Part shown: piece by piece, positions 62,157 to 64,000 of the stretch
Layout: each line of letters opens with the position of its first letter
Position numbering within the stretch: the stretch's first letter is position 1
Assembly: GCA_010909165.1 (NCBI GenBank)
Contig: VJWM01000106.1
Span: 310,001-374,000 of the forward strand
DNA: 64,000 nucleotides
DNA from: Anthoceros angustus
Taxonomy: Eukaryota > Plantae > Anthocerotophyta
Reading direction: 5' to 3'
Notes under the pieces: generated by a model
The model's input: the letters and a program-made list of their open reading frames with translations, nothing else
Told to the model about the DNA's origin: nothing
Database searches by the model: none
Program-made: the position numbers and the translations under genes

Positions 62157-63310
62157 CTAAGGAAGTTCAGGGTCCGAAGATTCAACTACACACAAACCGG
62201 CTACACTATCGGGAACTGAGGTCACGTTTCTAAGACGTTCTTTGTCTGCCTCTCCGAAAGTGTCAACATCCATCATCGCCTGGGCGTCATCGTCTTCCTT
62301 CCCGTCAACTTCAGACGTTGAGTGCCATATAGCGTCCAGTGTCTGTTGCCCCTCATTGAGAGGGTCTCCAGTCCTTTCTTTCATTCTCTTCGACCCTAGG
62401 GGCACAATTTGAGCCTTCCCAAAATCCTTCTCGCTCATGCAAACCTCCTTGGCCTAGAATTGAGATGGACCTCGACGATGCGGCTCGTGTGTCAGCTCCT
62501 CCTCCGCATCCGGCAGTACTTCATATCCATGTACATGCTGTGGAATGAATTCTGCACATCTCTTGTCTGCCTCGATAGAAAGACAATTGCGGCCAGACAA
62601 CAAGGCAGCCATCAAAGATGTACCGCTACCTGCACATGCATCCAATATCCATTCCCCTTCCTTGGAGAATGTCTTGATAAGCTTCATCATCAAACCTAAA
62701 GGCCTGTAGGGTAGGGGCAGACAACAAGTTTGTCAAGTGAATGGTATACCAGCTTTTTCACAACAGTATGGTGGGCAATCACCGACCGACCATCATTGAA
62801 AGTGCCCTGCAAAGCATTAGGTAACTTGACAGTCCGCTACAACTCGAGCTTTTCTTGAGATAGCTGACATACCCCACCGTATCGAACCCACCCTTGTCGT
62901 TGTTGACATTTGTCTTGTCCCACACAAATGAAACAAGTCCACGCCTCTGGCACCACTTCCGCATAGGCTCCTGCACAATATGTGAATCTTCCACATCATG
63001 CATTATGATCATCCTGAACTGCTCGCATTTAGTTAAGTCATGGAAGGAATGCAAAACATTACCCACTTGCCAAGCATCAAACCTTCCATCCTTAGGGCCC
63101 TTGTCGAATCCACGTGGAACATCCATCACAAGCAAAGAGTACCTCCTCTTCCTCACAAAACCTCGCATATCCTGGACATCTCGAGCATGAATCGTCTGCA
63201 CTTTTTCTCCGTGGGTGGACGTGAATTTGATCCCTCTTCTATGTCCCTATCTGCGAGCTCCCATTGCTCATCCTTCAAGCCCTTCCATGTGTTGACCTCA
63301 TAAATAAAGC
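62157..63310 (-). pseudogene. Decayed prokaryote-type beta-class DNA amino-methyltransferase (N6_N4_Mtase-like)
   Basis: VQTIHARDV...YSLLVMDVPRG (degenerate motif IV), FVWDK, then PLGLMMKLIKTFSKEGEWILDACAGSGTSLMAALLSGRNCLSIE (motifs X-I-II). In-frame TAG at 62454-62456 and a frame break near 63250. Confidence 0.75.
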
Positions 63311-63439
63311 TGAAAGTTTTCAAGGTACAGTGAGGACTTCAATGTTTTTGTTGCACAAAAGCAGGTTGTTTGTCGATATTTTAATGGGAGAGGGACTTCA
63401 CGCATGCCCTCCCGCAATAGGCCTCCGGGTTCGGGCCCA

Positions 63440-63770
63440 GGTATGCGGCGCCTCCCTCGGGCTACCCCTCGGCGCCCCAACTTCCCACAATGGTGTAGGC
63501 GGCCGGCATCTCGGCGCCCCAAGCGAATATGGAAAACCGGGCGTAGGGAGGGAGGAAGGAAGAACAGCATAATATTTTAAGCGGCTAAATATACATCAAG
63601 CAACTTTTGACGTGAATATACGCGAAACGGGGTTTTCGATGGGCATTGAAATGCGTATTCAACCGCTGAAAACCCTAAACACGCCGTAAGTGACACACCT
63701 AGGCGCCGGCATGCCGGCGCCCAAGTCATGCCCAAAGGCTACGTGCCTTGGGCGCCTGCATGCGGCGTCC
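63440..63770. repeat. GC-rich patch of recurring ggcgcc motifs with a perfect 20-bp palindrome
   Basis: ggcgccggcatgccggcgcc at 63702-63721, a related motif at about 63498-63523, and several ggcgcc/ggcgccc motifs in both orientations. Confidence 0.6.
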
Positions 63771-64000
63771 AGGATTCCATGGCCTTTGGCAATGAATGCT
63801 GGACGTCGGACAAATACCCTCCTTCTACTGAGAAACTACTTGAACCGTAATGGCTTCTCCGGACTGCTCAACATCGGTTAGACACCCTAGGCTAATGGCT
63901 AAGAAACCACCTGAACCGTGATGGCTTTTCCGGACTGGCTATTAAAAACAAGGAGCATGGGGGAGCATAAGGGCATGAAGAAGAAGAATGAGGGCATGAG

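Overview
Eukaryotic, gene-dense land-plant nuclear DNA with short (mostly 80-130 bp) GT-AG introns. A centriolar PIBF1/CEP90-like gene points to a plant with flagellated sperm; a compact bryophyte-type genome such as a hornwort is my inference. Genes in order: two tandem peroxisomal acyl-CoA thioesterases (first is 5'-partial; second appears to lack an internal exon block), METTL4-like MT-A70 methyltransferase, an intronless bacterial-type GT2 glycosyltransferase, WDR83/MORG1, a plant SH2/STAT-like protein, an RCC1-repeat protein, PIBF1/CEP90-like, a polyQ BTB protein with a doubled Cys/His motif, CASP golgin, PEX11A, a C2-GRAM-VASt protein (BAGP1-like) and BRAHMA. Most interesting non-genic content: (i) two copies of a short retroposon with a 5S-rRNA-like body whose 3' stem-loop and (TTC)n tail match a LINE also in the window (candidate plant SINE3/LINE pair); (ii) a tRNA-Arg(TCT) relic with its anticodon/T-arm segment amplified into a 38-bp array; (iii) a decayed, intron-containing prokaryote-type beta-class N6-A/N4-C DNA methyltransferase; (iv) an L1 and a CRE-like retroelement joined back to back. 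Exon models were read by eye and family assignments rest on recalled reference sequences; no searches were run.
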